This document shows positions 43,701 to 55,379 of a stretch of DNA of 64,000 bases, piece by piece. Both the position numbers and the translations under genes were made by a program. The DNA comes from Azolla caroliniana. Lineage: Eukaryota > Plantae > Polypodiophyta. The DNA lies in contig JBHGNT010000004.1 of NCBI GenBank assembly GCA_043228905.1, positions 15,996,001 through 16,060,000 of the forward strand. Reading direction: 5' to 3'. The notes beneath the pieces were generated by a model. It was given only the letters and a program-made list of their open reading frames with translations. It was not told where the DNA came from and did not search any database. Numbering within the stretch: position 1 is the first letter of the stretch; each line of letters starts with the position of its first letter.

Positions 43701-45090
43701 AGTGTGTGTGTGAGCCGCATCATAGATGTGTGAGAAACAACAAACGCGAAGAGCCCTATGCGGCTGATACACTCGAGAGAGTGTTGTATTCCTCTTGGTG
43801 TTGTATATCCACTTTGTATAGTGAAGATTCTGTTAACATGTGGTTTTACCCATTTTAGGGTTTCCATGTAAATCTCTGTTCACCACTATTCATCTTGTCT
43901 TTTCTTGGCATTTTCTGTAATTCGTATTTCAGCATTGTCTGTTCATAGTGAATTTATATTCCGCAACGATTTCTGAACAAGATACTTCTTGGATAAAGTT
44001 CTTCCAATCAAAATTTGCATTCATTTTTCTTGTGTATTTTCTGAACCTCCTTATTTATATTGCGTACACACAACTTGCATCATGGAACAAGTTTTGAACA
44101 CTAGTGGAGCGATCTCTTTGACCATGACCTCTCAACTCCAATCCACATCTCGCACACAAGTTGACATTACTATTGAGCAATTGCTCACTACTACCTTGAA
44201 TCAATTGGCCAGAATGAGGCAAGCCAATATGGCTTTGGAAAAGAAATTCCAAGATTTGACTAATGAGTCCAAGAAAGAAGGTGAACCTTCTTTCATAGTC
44301 AAGCCATTCAAGGGAGATAAGAAAGAAAGAATCAAGGAGACCATTAGCACTTGGCTTGGTCATTGGGAGACTCACTTTGAGCTCCATCCCAAGCCCGATG
44401 CTATAAAAAATTGGTTATGTCGGTCGTCAGTTAGGTGGCCGAGTTGTTGCTTCGTGGCACGGCCTAAGGCCTACAAAGAACTTACCCACAAATTGGGAAG
44501 GTTTCATTGATGTTTTTAAGAAACAGTTCTTGCAGCCACCTTCGCAAACCGAATAAGCACAACACTTGCTCATGTTGTCAAGTAAGCCATTTACCACTCT
44601 CTAGGATTATTTGCATCATGCTCGGGCCCAACCCAAAAATCGGGACTTACGGGTGAGAAATGGTTTGTCGCTTGTTTTTTAAATGGTATTCCCAATGGGG
44701 ATTACCATTGGATTGTCCATGAAAAGGACCCCACAACTTTCAAGGATGCTTTCAACATTGTACTGCGGTACCATAGGACTTGCAAGAAAGACCACAATAA
44801 ACTTGAGTTCACCAAAACTTTGAATGTCAAGTTCAATGGGAAACATAAGAAATCCTGTGACACTCTTGATTGCGACTCAAAGAAACTGAAACTCTTCTAT
44901 CCATATGGCAAGAAGCGGGGCCACACAAAGGATACATGTCGTCATCTTAAGAGGAAGTCAATTAACATCCCTCCTTAAGACAAATCTATGAGTCACACAT
45001 GTCAATCTTTTGATGTTATTGAAGTTCATACTAACCACTTAAGTTCATGTGAATGCACTTTTCCTTCACATTTACTTGAACCTAATGATC

Positions 45091-45720
45091 TGCGTGGAAT
45101 AGCGCTCGGCCACAACCGAGACTCAAACACTTTATGAAAGAACAAAACAGAAATGGAGCTTCGTACACTTACATAGAAGAGACAACACAAGATGTTTACA
45201 TGGAAAACCCTAATAGGGAAAAACCACGGGTGCCCGCAGACTTCAACTATCACTATATGAGAAAGGAGGTACAACAGGAGACTCAGAGGCAACGACCTCG
45301 AGCTTTGTATCTTCGCCAACTGGTGGCTTGTCTTCTCTCTCTTTCTCTCTCTCTCTCTGTATCTCTGTATTGAGGCAACTAGCACGTTCTAACTTTTCTA
45401 TAATGATCACTAACACACACTATAAGATTTTCCCTAGTTGCTTATATACTAGTACAACTTTCGGACTATTTACAACTATAGCCCATAGAGGCTTATTTCG
45501 ACTATTTACATATATAGTCTCCCGAGTTGGCTGTCTACACGATTTCGGTTTTGACCTTGGCGTATCGGCCTCGGGCGATTTCCTCATCAACTCAGCTCTT
45601 CTCTCTTTTCATTTGGAGGGACCTGTTTCCCAACAGACTCCCCCTTCATTGTGGCATGGGGTACTTGACCAATCCGACCCTCGATCGGCACGTGTTCAAC
45701 TTTTCGGCTGACAACACCTT
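45091..45720 (-). mobile_element. 3' end of a minus-strand Copia (pol tail, PPT, LTR 45091-45635)
   Basis: KVLSAEKLNTCRSRVGL...MPQ*, AAGGGGGAG PPT, TGTTGGG...CACGCA LTR related to 18040-18081. Confidence 0.8.
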
Positions 45721-46187
45721 TGAAACCGGAGGGTTAATATGTACAAGGACGAGTCGGGGAATAACATTAGCATAATTATTAGGAAATATTATAGGAACGG
45801 ACGGATCCGGAATAGTTGTTCTGATCTGGATCAGCACCGATTGATAGCCAGTAGCCGATAAGGCACCGTTTTGTATTTCCAACCAGATGCTTATAAAAGG
45901 ATCCGGGAATTGGTGTAATTAATAACTAAAGTAATACAAGTTGAGCATTCTAATTTAATTCTATTGTGTCTCTTGTCTACTTTCCGTTCTATGTTTTCTT
46001 TCGTAATCTTATGCGTGTTTTCATTAATCGGTTGTGTCTTAACCATCCAGAGAGTATCCGAAAATACTCAGATTGGAATCGGATCAGAGTTAGATAACAT
46101 CTTTCCCTTAACCACCCCTTTGGTGAAGTGTCCGGAATGGACACCCCTGTGTTTGTGGCTATGTCCAGCCTAGAGTAAATATCAACA
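45721..46187 (+). repeat. Solo LTR related to the LTRs of the 46483-58454 Gypsy; no TSD
   Basis: Shares GGACGGATCCGG, TATAAAAGGATCCG and ACCACCCCTTTGG.GAAGTGTC with that LTR; ends CAACA. Confidence 0.7.
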
Positions 46188-46873
46188 TGATTGTCGCGGA
46201 GGATGAGATGGTGCAGGTTTGTCTCGGGGGCTTGGCGTCGAAGTTCGGAGCATTCCGAACAACAATCTGTACAAGGGAGAATATACCCTCATTTTTCGAC
46301 TTGCAATAGATTCTCCTTGTAGAGAAGAACCGTGCGGGTGCGTCGACGAGTACACATACCGACAACAAGATGTTGTACACAGAGGTAGAGAGGCGCCATG
46401 GACTTGGCGGTCGAGGTGGATCGGCACACAATGCAGGTGGCCAATAAGAGCAGAATCGGACGCACAAAGATGGTGCCGATAGTGTTGTATGCCTGGCCGG
46501 ACTAGCCTCAACACAGGTGTCTATCCGACACTTCTCCAAAGGGGTGGTAAGGATTGGATGCTAGGTTACACGCGTAAGATGATTACACTAAGCACAGACG
46601 GTAAAATAATACAAAGATAAAGATAAACACGCAATAAGTATAATTGTATTCCTTCTGTAAAGCATTTACAAATCATCGGATCCTTTTATAGGCATCCGAC
46701 AAGGTTACAATCAGTGCGCTTAAGCAACCGGCATTCGAATCGGTCCGGATCCGGATCGGTACAACTGTACCGGATCCGTCCCTCCGCATAATAAATATAC
46801 TATTATTTACTTCCTATTATCCGATCCGACTCCGCATTCCCACGTGTCCTTGCTCTTCTGACCGGCCAACACA

Positions 46874-46913
46874 TGGCACGCCCGTGGGAAAGTGCCTTGC
46901 ACTTCGAACCCAC
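46874..46913 (-). other. tRNA-3'-end-like 40-nt motif occupying the PPT position
   Basis: Element strand GTGGGTTCGAAGTGCAAGGCACTTTCCCACGGGCGTGCCA, then TG, then LTR TGTTG. Confidence 0.78.
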
Positions 46914-47832
46914 TCCCGGCCTCAGTCTTCCTCCAAAATATCGAACAAACTCCGCTCGAAGGTGCCAAGTGGTGCCTCTTCCTCCAATTCCTGTTCCTTG
47001 CCTGCCTGGTCTCCGACCTCCGGTTAGGTTGGCTGTTTCGTAAAAATTTGCTGCTCCGGCTCTGATTGATTCTATGGTGCCGGTGCTTCCTCACCGCTCC
47101 GTCCGGGTTCTTCCTGTTCTTCCTCCGTTCCCGGCTCTGTTCTGTTACCAGTGTCGCTTTCTCCGGTCTCAACTGGTCGGTTCGGTGCGCCTTCTTCCTT
47201 TGCTCCGGTGTTTTCCGGTCTCAGCTCTTCTTCTTCCCCGGCATCGGTCTGCACTTGCTCTTCTTGATTTTCTTGTACCGGAAGTTCTTCCTCAGGTATT
47301 CCTTGTCGGGGTTGTTCGGTGTTGGTTGGTTCAGCTTCAGCCTGTTAGAAATTGACGCTTTCAAAACCTTCTCCTGTCGGCCACAACCGAGGAAACACGG
47401 ATCAATGCAGCAGTAAATCAAAAACACAGAGAGAGACTCGAATGCACAGGGTTTAGGGTGGAAAACCCTAGACGGGAAAAACCACGGGAGTGCAAGACTC
47501 CAACTATCACTATACGCAGGGAATGTACAATGGCGAGCTGCAAGGCGACGACCTTGAGCTCGCTGTCCTCGCCACAGACGGCGGTATTACACAGAGGCGT
47601 CGACCTCTTCGTTTCTCTCTCTCTCTCTCGGCTGCTCTCACTTCGCTCCCTCTAAGTGGAAAACAGAAAAATGAGCAACAACAACAAAACTGTTTGCCCT
47701 AAGTCATATTTATACACATATGACTTTCGGGCTATTTACAAATATAGCCTAGAGGGCCCTTGGCAAACATATTCACAAATATGTCCCCGCATCCGGATCT
47801 CTCTCCGGGTACATTCGTCATCCGGCTCCGTA

Positions 47833-47920
47833 GCCGGGGTCTTCATCATCCGGATCCGAAACCGGGTCTTCATCATCCGGTTCCGATACCGGGTACTCCT
47901 CATTCGGGTCTTCATTCCCG
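47833..47920. repeat. 27-bp tandem sub-repeats (CCGGGTCTTCATCATCCGG) within the Copia LTR, mirrored at ~52574-52660
   Basis: Direct inspection. Confidence 0.75.
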
Positions 47921-47978
47921 ATTCCCGAACATCTGACCATCCCATCCGGAGGGACCGTAATCCCAACAAACTCCCCCT

Positions 47979-50900
47979 TCACTTCGGCATGGGATGTCTT
48001 TCCAGTCCGACCCTCTTCCGGCACGCTTCCAGCTTGTCGGGTGTGAGCACTTTGGTCAGCATATCTGACCCGTTCTCGTCCGTGTGGATCTTCGTCAGCA
48101 CGAACTCCTGGTCTTCTATCCTTTCCCGGATCCAGTGATATCTTCGCTGGATGTGCTTCGTCCGGGAGTGATAGGCCGCATTCTTCGCAAGGTGGATGGC
48201 ACACTGACTGTCGCAGTAGAGTCGGTACTCCTCCTGCCGGATACCGAGCTCTCTAATGAAGTCCTTCATCCATATTATTTCCTTGCCGGCTTCAACAGCC
48301 GCCATGTACTCCGCCTCCGTGGTTGACAACGCAACCGTCTTCTGCAGCCTCGACTGCCACGAAACAGCTCCCCCTGCATACGTCATCACATACCCTGATG
48401 TGGACCGGCTGGTATCTGCATCAGCCGACATATCCGAATCGGTAAAGCCGTCGAGTTCGGGCTTACCGGAGCCGAATCGGAGGCACACGTTTGCCGTGCC
48501 CTTCAGGTATCGGAGTATCCACTTGGCCGCGTTCCAGTGCTCTTTGCCGGGATTGCTCATGTACCGGCTCACCACTCCGACTGCATATCCTATGTCCGGT
48601 CTTGTACACACCATTGCGTACATCAAGCTTCCGACGGCAGAGGCATATGGTACTTTCATCATGTCCTCCTTCTCAGCCTTTGTCTTGGGGCTTTGCTTGC
48701 TGGACAACTTGCAGTTTGCCGGGAGGGTTGACCCGACCAGTCTTGCTTCCGACATGTTGAACCGGTGAAGCACCTTTGTCACGTACTTCTCCTGTGACAG
48801 CCACAACTGCTTCTTCTTCCGGTCCCGGATGATGTGCATCCCTAGTATTTGCCTCGCCGGACCTAGGTCCTTCATTGAGAAGGTTCGGTGAAGCGCTTTC
48901 TTCAGCATCCGTATCTTGCCCTGGTCCCGTCCGACGATCAACATGTCGTCCACGTACAGGAGGAGTATTAGAAAGTCTCCTCCTTCGAACTTCTTCACAA
49001 ACACGCAGTGATCGGACTGCGTTTTGTGGTACCCTTCGTCGGTCATGAAAGAGTCGAACTTCCGGTACCATTGCCGGGGAGCCTGCTTCAGTCCGTAAAG
49101 GCTCTTCTTCAACCGGCATACCAGGTGCTCCTTCCCTTTCTTCTCGAATCCTTCCGGTTGCTGCATGTAGATCTCTTCTTCGAGGTCACCGTGAAGGAAT
49201 GCCGTCTTCACGTCCATCTGTTCTACCTCGAGGTCCATGCTTGCCGCTATGCTCAGCACCGTCCGGATGGAGGTCATCTTCACTACTGGGGCAAATATCT
49301 CGTCGAAGTTGACGCCCTTCTTCTGCTGGAACCCCTTCACCACGATCCTGGCTTTGTATCTCGGGGGGTTTCCGGCATCTCCCGATTTCAGCTTGAACAC
49401 CCACTTGTTTCGAAGTGCCCGCTTTCCTTTCGGCAACTCCACAAGTTCATATGTGTGGTTCTCATGCAGGGAATCCATCTCCTCCTGCATGGCACTTAAC
49501 CACCTGCGGCTATGGGTGTCAAGCTTTGCTTCTTCAAAACTCTCCGGCTCCCCCTCGTCGGTTAACAGCACGTGCTCTGGTTCCGGAAATCTCCGGGGGG
49601 CCCTTCTCTCTCTTAGAGGATATCTCCGTTCCGGAGCTTCGGTAACCGGCTCCTCCGTTTCCTCTTCATCCGAATCCATTTCGGGATCGGGGCCGGTTCC
49701 GGTATCAGTTTCATCTTCCTCAGCCGGTTCTGTTTCTTCACCGTCTTCGGCCGGATCCTCGAGTGCTAACCGGTCCCTTGCCGGTCGGGACTGCTCCTCG
49801 TAGAGTTGATCCTCACCGGTCGACTTGGAGCTCTTCATCTTCTTCTCCGACTCCCAGTCGTCGAGTGTCTTGTCCTCCATGAAGATGATATCACGACTCC
49901 GGAATATCTTTTTGTCGACCGGGTCCCATACTCGGTAGCCGAACTCGTCATCGCCGTAACCGAGGAATATGCATGGCCGGGTCTTTGGATCTAGCTTTCC
50001 TCTCCGGTCCTTTGCCACATGCACATATGCGAGACACCCGAACACCTTCAGATGCCGGTAGGATACTTCCCTACCGGTCCACACTCTCTGCGGCGTGTCT
50101 CCGTCCAAAGGTACTGAGGGTGATCTGTTTATCACGTATGTCGTCGTCGACATTGCCTCAGCCCAAAACCCCTTGGGTAATTTCGCATGCGCCAGCATAC
50201 TCCGGACCCTCTCCATTATGGTCCGGTTCATCCTCTCGGCCAGCCCGTTCAGTTCCGGCGTCTTCGGCACAGTAAACTCGAGCCGGATTCCCTTCGAGCG
50301 ACAGTACTCCTCGAACTGCCCCCGGTATTCCCCTCCGTTATCCGCTCGTATCGCTTTCAGCTTCTTGCCGGATTCCCTTTCCACTCTCGCGTGGAGTTCT
50401 TTGAAGACGCACAACACTTGGTCCTTTGTCTTCAACGGTGCCGTCCACAGCTTCCGGCTGTGGTCATCAATGAATGTCACGAAGTACTGGGCTCCGCCAT
50501 GTGACTTCGTTTCTACTTGACACACGTCAGTGTGCACCAACTCCAATGGTGCACTACGTCTCGTCGGTGGCCTTGAGTGGAAGGAGGTTCGGTTCTGCTT
50601 ACCGGCCAGGCAATCGGTGCACTTCTCCAGGTGCACATGCTTCACTGGAATAAGGTTGTCTTCTGCAAGCCTCTTCATCCCCTTCTCACTCATGTGGCAC
50701 AGTCTCTTGTGCCACAGCTCACCGGCAGTGTCGGCTGCCACGTTCAACTCCTCCGGACACAACCAGGCATTCATAAGGTACAGTGTGTTGACTTTCCGGG
50801 CCCGAGCCACTATCAGGCTCCCCTTGCTGAACTTCATTACGTAGTTCCGGATGCTACCTGTGTAGCCTTCATCGTCTAGCCTCCCGGCCGAAATCAGGTT

Positions 50901-52052
50901 CAATCGAACCTCCGGAACGTGTCGGACATCCTTCAGCAACATTTTGCATCCGGTCGAGGTTGTCAACCACAAGTCTCCTATGCCGGCAATCCGGCACGTA
51001 CCTTCATTTCCCATCCGAACACAGCCATGCTCACCGGCTGTGTAGGATGAGAAGTATCTTCTTTCCGGGGTCAGGTGGAACGACGCTCCGGAATCGACCA
51101 CCCAGGTAGTCTCATCGCCGGCAATGTTTAGTTCACCTTCTTCGGTGATGAGCATGATCTCCTCTTCACTTGCCGCGAGTGCCGTCGTTCCTTTCCAGTC
51201 CTGCCCTCGCCGATCCGAACCATTCCGGTCCGTGGCTCCCCGGTAAGCACCGTTCCGTTCCGAAGACTTCTTCGAATCGGTGTCGTCGGCTCCGTTGTCT
51301 TTTCGGTAATGCCGACAGTTCTTTCGGAAGTGCCCCGGCTTCCCACAGTGGAAGCATGTGGGCCTTCCTCTTGACTGCGACCGGGTCCCCGACTTCTCCC
51401 GTCTTTGCGGACTCCGGTTCCGTTGTCTTCCCCGATCCGATTCGGTAAGCAGCATCTTCGGATCAGAGGCCGGTTCTTTATCTCTCCGACGCGCTTCTTC
51501 GTTCAAAATGCTTGTCTTTACCGTTTGTAGGGACAAGTTATCTTCGGTGCAGGAGGTGCTGAGAGTCACCACCAAGTTCTCCTAGCTTTCCGGCAATGTA
51601 CACATCAGCATGATGGCTTGCATTGCATCCTCCAACGGGAACTTGATCGCCGCAAGCTGGTTCACGAATCCCATGAACGTGCTTACGTGTTCCACCATAC
51701 TCTCGCCGTCCCAGTACTTAAGGTTCACTATCTTCCTCATCAGGGAGGTCCGGTTCAACGCATTCTTCCTCTCGTAGAGGCCCGACAGCTTCTGCCACAT
51801 CTCATATGCGTTGATGTCGTTCGCCACATGTTGTAGAACGCTCACGTCGACGTATTGCCGAATGGTTGCAACGGCTTTCCGGTTCAGAAGCCTCCATTCC
51901 GTCTCAAGTACCCCCTTGGGTATTTCCGACCTGTCGATCGGTTCATACAGGTCCCGAACAATGAGCAGATCCTCCATCTTTATCTTCTAGTCGGCGTAGT
52001 TCTGCGCATTCAGCACCATCATCCCCGGCTGCCCGCTGCTGCCGCCTTCCAT
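47979..52052 (-). pseudogene. Copia gag-pol (~1357 codons, one frame) with two in-frame TAG stops in gag; 1198-aa remainder intact
   Basis: CFHCGKPGHFRKNC, WVVDSGASFH, VHTDV / RADNGGEY / NGLAERMN, QMDVKTAFLHG, YVDDML, CDSQCAI; TAG at 51987-51989 and 51582-51584. Confidence 0.93.
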
Positions 52053-53426
52053 TTTCTGCACTGCAGTCGCTCTGATACCAGATTGTTGGAGATTGATGCT
52101 TTCAAAACCTTCTCCTGTCGGCCACAACTGAGGAAACACGGATCAATGCAGCAGTAAATCAAAAACACAGAGAGAGACTTGAATGCACAGGGTTTAGGGT
52201 GGAAAACCCTAGACGGGAAAAACCACGGGAGTGCAAGACTCCAACTATCACTATACGCAGGGAATGTACAATGGCGAGCTGCAAGGCGACGACCTTGAGC
52301 TCGCTGTCCTCGCCACAGACGGCGGTATTACACAGAGGCGTCGACCTCTTCCTTTCTCTCTCTCTCTCTCAGCTGCTCTCACTTTGCTCCCTCTAAGTGG
52401 AAAACAGAAAAATGAGCAACAACAACAAAACTGTTTGCCCTAAGTCATATTTATACACATATGACTTTCGGGCTATTTACAAATATAGCCTAGAGGGCCC
52501 TTGGCAAACATATTCATAAATATGTCCCCGCATCCGGATCTCTCTCCGGGTACATTCGTCATCCGGCTCCGTAGCCGGGGTCTTCATCATCCGGATCCGA
52601 AACCGGGTCTTCATCATCCGGTTCCGATACCGGGTACTCCTCATTCGGGTCTTCATTCCCGATTCCCGGACATCTGACCATCCCATCCGGAGGGACCGTA
52701 ATCCCAACACAGCCGGTCGCTCTCCCTCACTTATAGTGATTGGCGTCGTTCTTCCCTCGGCTTCTTGTTGTAACCGGTCCTGCTCGTATTTCTCCAACTC
52801 CAACTGAGTTGCGAGCTGCCCGTCATCCAACCTCTCTACCAACCCTCGGATTTCTTTGAGATGTTCTTCCGCTAAAGCGTAGAAATCCTCCGACAATTCT
52901 TCCCGAATGGCGACAATACTTTCTTCATCCATCTTGTAGAACTTGTCACCGGTCTTCCTCCGATTCTCGGCATCAACTCGGAGTGTCTGCAGCTCGGCTG
53001 CCTGTTGTGACCACTCCTTCCATAGCTTTTCCGTACTTTCGTTGATGCTTGCCTGAGCTCAGGTACTCCAACATGACATGATGAGCTTGATCCGGTCAAC
53101 CCCCGCTTTAGCATGCGCATAAGCTTCTTGCTTTTCCTTCCTTGCCCCTTTTATAATGTCGGCCATTATTTGAGCCTGGGCTTCGTAATCCGCTTTCTGC
53201 TTTTCATAGGCACTTTGCAGTTTGTTGATCGTGAACGTCGATCTTTCCTTTTCTTCATTACGGATCTTGGTCAGATCCAGCTTTTCCCGCCTTAGTGCCT
53301 CTAATTCCTTCCTTCTCTCCGTCGCTTGGGTTATTTCTGCCGACAATGCTTCCTTTTTGGCACTGACCTCGTCCATTGTCTTAGCCAGGTCCAATCGGGT
53401 CTCTTTGAGCTGTTCTTTCAGCTTCT

Positions 53427-55001
53427 CTATTTGCCGGTGGTAGTCTCTATTTGCGATCGGCTTGCTTGCGATCTCGGCTTGTTGTCCGACTCGGCTTGCT
53501 TGCGATCTCGGTAGAGTCGGTCGAAGTCCTCCGTCTTCTGTTTCAGGCGTTGGCTCACCTGAGCTCTTAACTGGTCGTCCCGGTCCTTCTGTTGTCGGAG
53601 TTCTTCCTGCAGTCGCTCTATCTCCTGCTCGGCCTGTCGACGCAGTCGGTCCTTCTCCTTTTGCAACTTTTCTTTTTCTTCTTGCAGTTGGTCATTAGTG
53701 GCTCGGCCTTTTCGGAGGCCTTCTTCCATTCTTCGTCTGTCGTCCTCCACCGCTTTCCGCTGCTCCCTTTCTTTTTCCCTTAATGCCTCCTGAGCTTTTA
53801 ACTCCTCTCGCAAGGTTTCTATTATTTTTTCGGTCTTAGGGCCGGTTTGCAAGGCTACCGGTTCCGGTTGCTTCCTTGTTGTCCCGACCGACTCGGTGAC
53901 AACCTGTGCTTGTTGAATTCTTTCCCTCGCCTGCAACAGCTCCCCTTGCAACTCCTGGATCTGTGTTCGGAGCGCAACCAACTCCTGGGTTGTTGTATGC
54001 GTCAGGTGTTGCCTACGCGTTTCTTCTTCCTCTAACTGGTCCGCTACTCCCGACACCTGCTCCGAAAGCCATCTCAGCGATTGTGGCTTTGTTCTTCCCG
54101 TGTCGGAGTAGCATTGCTCACTTCTACTTCTTAACTCAGGCTGTTTTTCCGGCCTTTTCTCTGGCTCCGGTGCTTGTTCATTCCTCTTCTCCGGAATGAC
54201 CTGTTCTCTGAAGTCTGGCAAAACCGGTTTCTGTATTGCTTCCCTCGGTGCGGGTTCCAGTATTGCTTCTGCCCCGGCTACTGGAGGTGGTCCTTGCGCC
54301 CTCGGCTGAGTTCTGTCAACTGGTGCAACCGGTCCTCTCGCCCGTCTCTCCCGACCTTGTCTTGCTGGGAGTCTTACCAGTGGTTCGGATGAGTCTTCTT
54401 CCGTCTCAGCTTCCTCCTCCGGTGCGGCTACCAGACGGACCTTTTGTATAAAGTCCGCTGGTTCCGGTTCCGGCCGTCGCAACGTTATATTGGTTGGTTT
54501 GAGCGCTACCGGTTCTTCCTCGGCCGGTTCCTTGTTGGTCTTCCTCGCCGGTTTTCCTTTGCCTTTTCCTGCCGATTTTGCCTTTGTTGCTGGTTCCTGT
54601 TGCTGTCGGGATGGTCCTTCCTCCCGCTGTTCTGCTTCTTCCTGGGTCCATCCGGGGGTGTGTTTCTCCAGGATCTTTCGGCGCTTTGTGACCTTTTTCG
54701 GCGTCGTCTCCTGCCGACCTCTTTTCTTTTGTTTGATGGGGAGTACCGGTGGGACTAACACCGTTAGCCATTGTGCTATCCCAGCCCATGGCTTTTTTCC
54801 TTCCACAAGGTTCTTGATGGCCTCCTTCAATCCTTCGGTTATGAAATGGAGCCAGTCCACACATACCTGGATTTTGCCGTTCTTTTTCGGGACCACCACT
54901 ATCGGACTCAGCCAGGTTGCCTGCTTGACCGGTTGGATAAATCCGACCCGGAGGAGCTTATCAATCTCCTCCTTCACCTTCGCCACATAATTCGGATTCA
55001 T
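53427..55001 (-). CDS. RT N-terminal stub fused in frame to the element's extra coiled-coil ORF (which continues, frameshifted, to ~52715 and 47337-46920)
   Basis: EEIDKLLRVGFI...WLSPIVVVPKKNGKIQVCVD, then abruptly WLHFITEGLKE... and an E/Q/R-rich heptad region. Confidence 0.75.
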   Translation of the reverse strand: MNPNYVAKVKEEIDKLLRVGFIQPVKQATWLSPIVVVPKKNGKIQVCVDWLHFITEGLKEAIKNLVEGKKPWAGIAQWLTVLVPPVLPIKQKKRGRQETTPKKVTKRRKILEKHTPGWTQEEAEQREEGPSRQQQEPATKAKSAGKGKGKPARKTNKEPAEEEPVALKPTNITLRRPEPEPADFIQKVRLVAAPEEEAETEEDSSEPLVRLPARQGRERRARGPVAPVDRTQPRAQGPPPVAGAEAILEPAPREAIQKPVLPDFREQVIPEKRNEQAPEPEKRPEKQPELRSRSEQCYSDTGRTKPQSLRWLSEQVSGVADQLEEEETRRQHLTHTTTQELVALRTQIQELQGELLQARERIQQAQVVTESVGTTRKQPEPVALQTGPKTEKIIETLREELKAQEALREKEREQRKAVEDDRRRMEEGLRKGRATNDQLQEEKEKLQKEKDRLRRQAEQEIERLQEELRQQKDRDDQLRAQVSQRLKQKTEDFDRLYRDRKQAESDNKPRSQASRSQIETTTGK

Positions 55002-55379
55002 CCGGTACCTGCGTTGAGCGATCGGTTTCGCGTCCGTACTTAGGTGAATTTGGTGCTGATAGAGCTAGGGGTCCAGTTCTCGCATGTCTTCGTATGACCA
55101 CACGAACACATCCTTGAAGTCTGTTAATAATGCTACCATTGCCTTCTTTTCTTCCTTCGGCAATTCCTTTGCGACATTTACCGGTCAGGGCTTGTCTGTT
55201 GTGCCGAGGTCCACCTCCTCTAGTTGGGATGCTTTTACCCTCTGGGATATCGTCATCTCCCTCTCTAGGGATTCCTGCGCTTGTCACAGTTCCCGGATCG
55301 CCACTTGGTCCGGTTCGTCCGGCGTCGTGATGTAGGGTTCTACTGCCACCGTGATATCCACCTCAAATAGTGGGACGAT

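Larger units (their letters stand above)
33502..43979 (+). mobile_element. Full-length but decayed Ty1/Copia element (Tnt1/Tork-like), 644-bp LTRs 33502-34145 and 43336-43979, TSD AGATA
   Basis: Paired LTRs, PBS TGGTATCAGAGC 34149-34160, PPT GAAGGGGGAG, AGATA on both flanks. Confidence 0.93.
31911..45090 (+). mobile_element. Old degenerate Gypsy-like element (Met-type PBS 31911-31922, repeat-rich leader, gag remnant ~44082-44980) that hosts the Copia at 33502
   Basis: ...TAACA A TGGTATTAGAGC; gag-like KPFKGDKKE...ISTWLGHWETHF and GKKRGHTKDTC knuckle remnant. Confidence 0.5.
47343..52709 (-). mobile_element. Young full-length Ty1/Copia element (Tnt1/Tork-like), 626-bp LTRs 52084-52709 and 47343-47968, TSD CAGCC
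   Basis: Near-identical LTRs, PBS TGGTATCAGAGC 52069-52080, PPT GAAGGGGGAG, CAGCC on both flanks. Confidence 0.96.

Noticed and set aside
46874-46913. Genuine tRNA gene, or the element's true PBS with the element on the + strand
   Set aside because: No D or anticodon arm, and CCA is encoded; gag-PR-RT run on the minus strand from a separate PBS at 58050-58059, so this is the 3' (PPT) side
47818-47969. Acidic DEDP-repeat and RMMKT-repeat peptides
   Set aside because: Translations of the 27-bp tandem sub-repeats inside the Copia LTR, not separate genes
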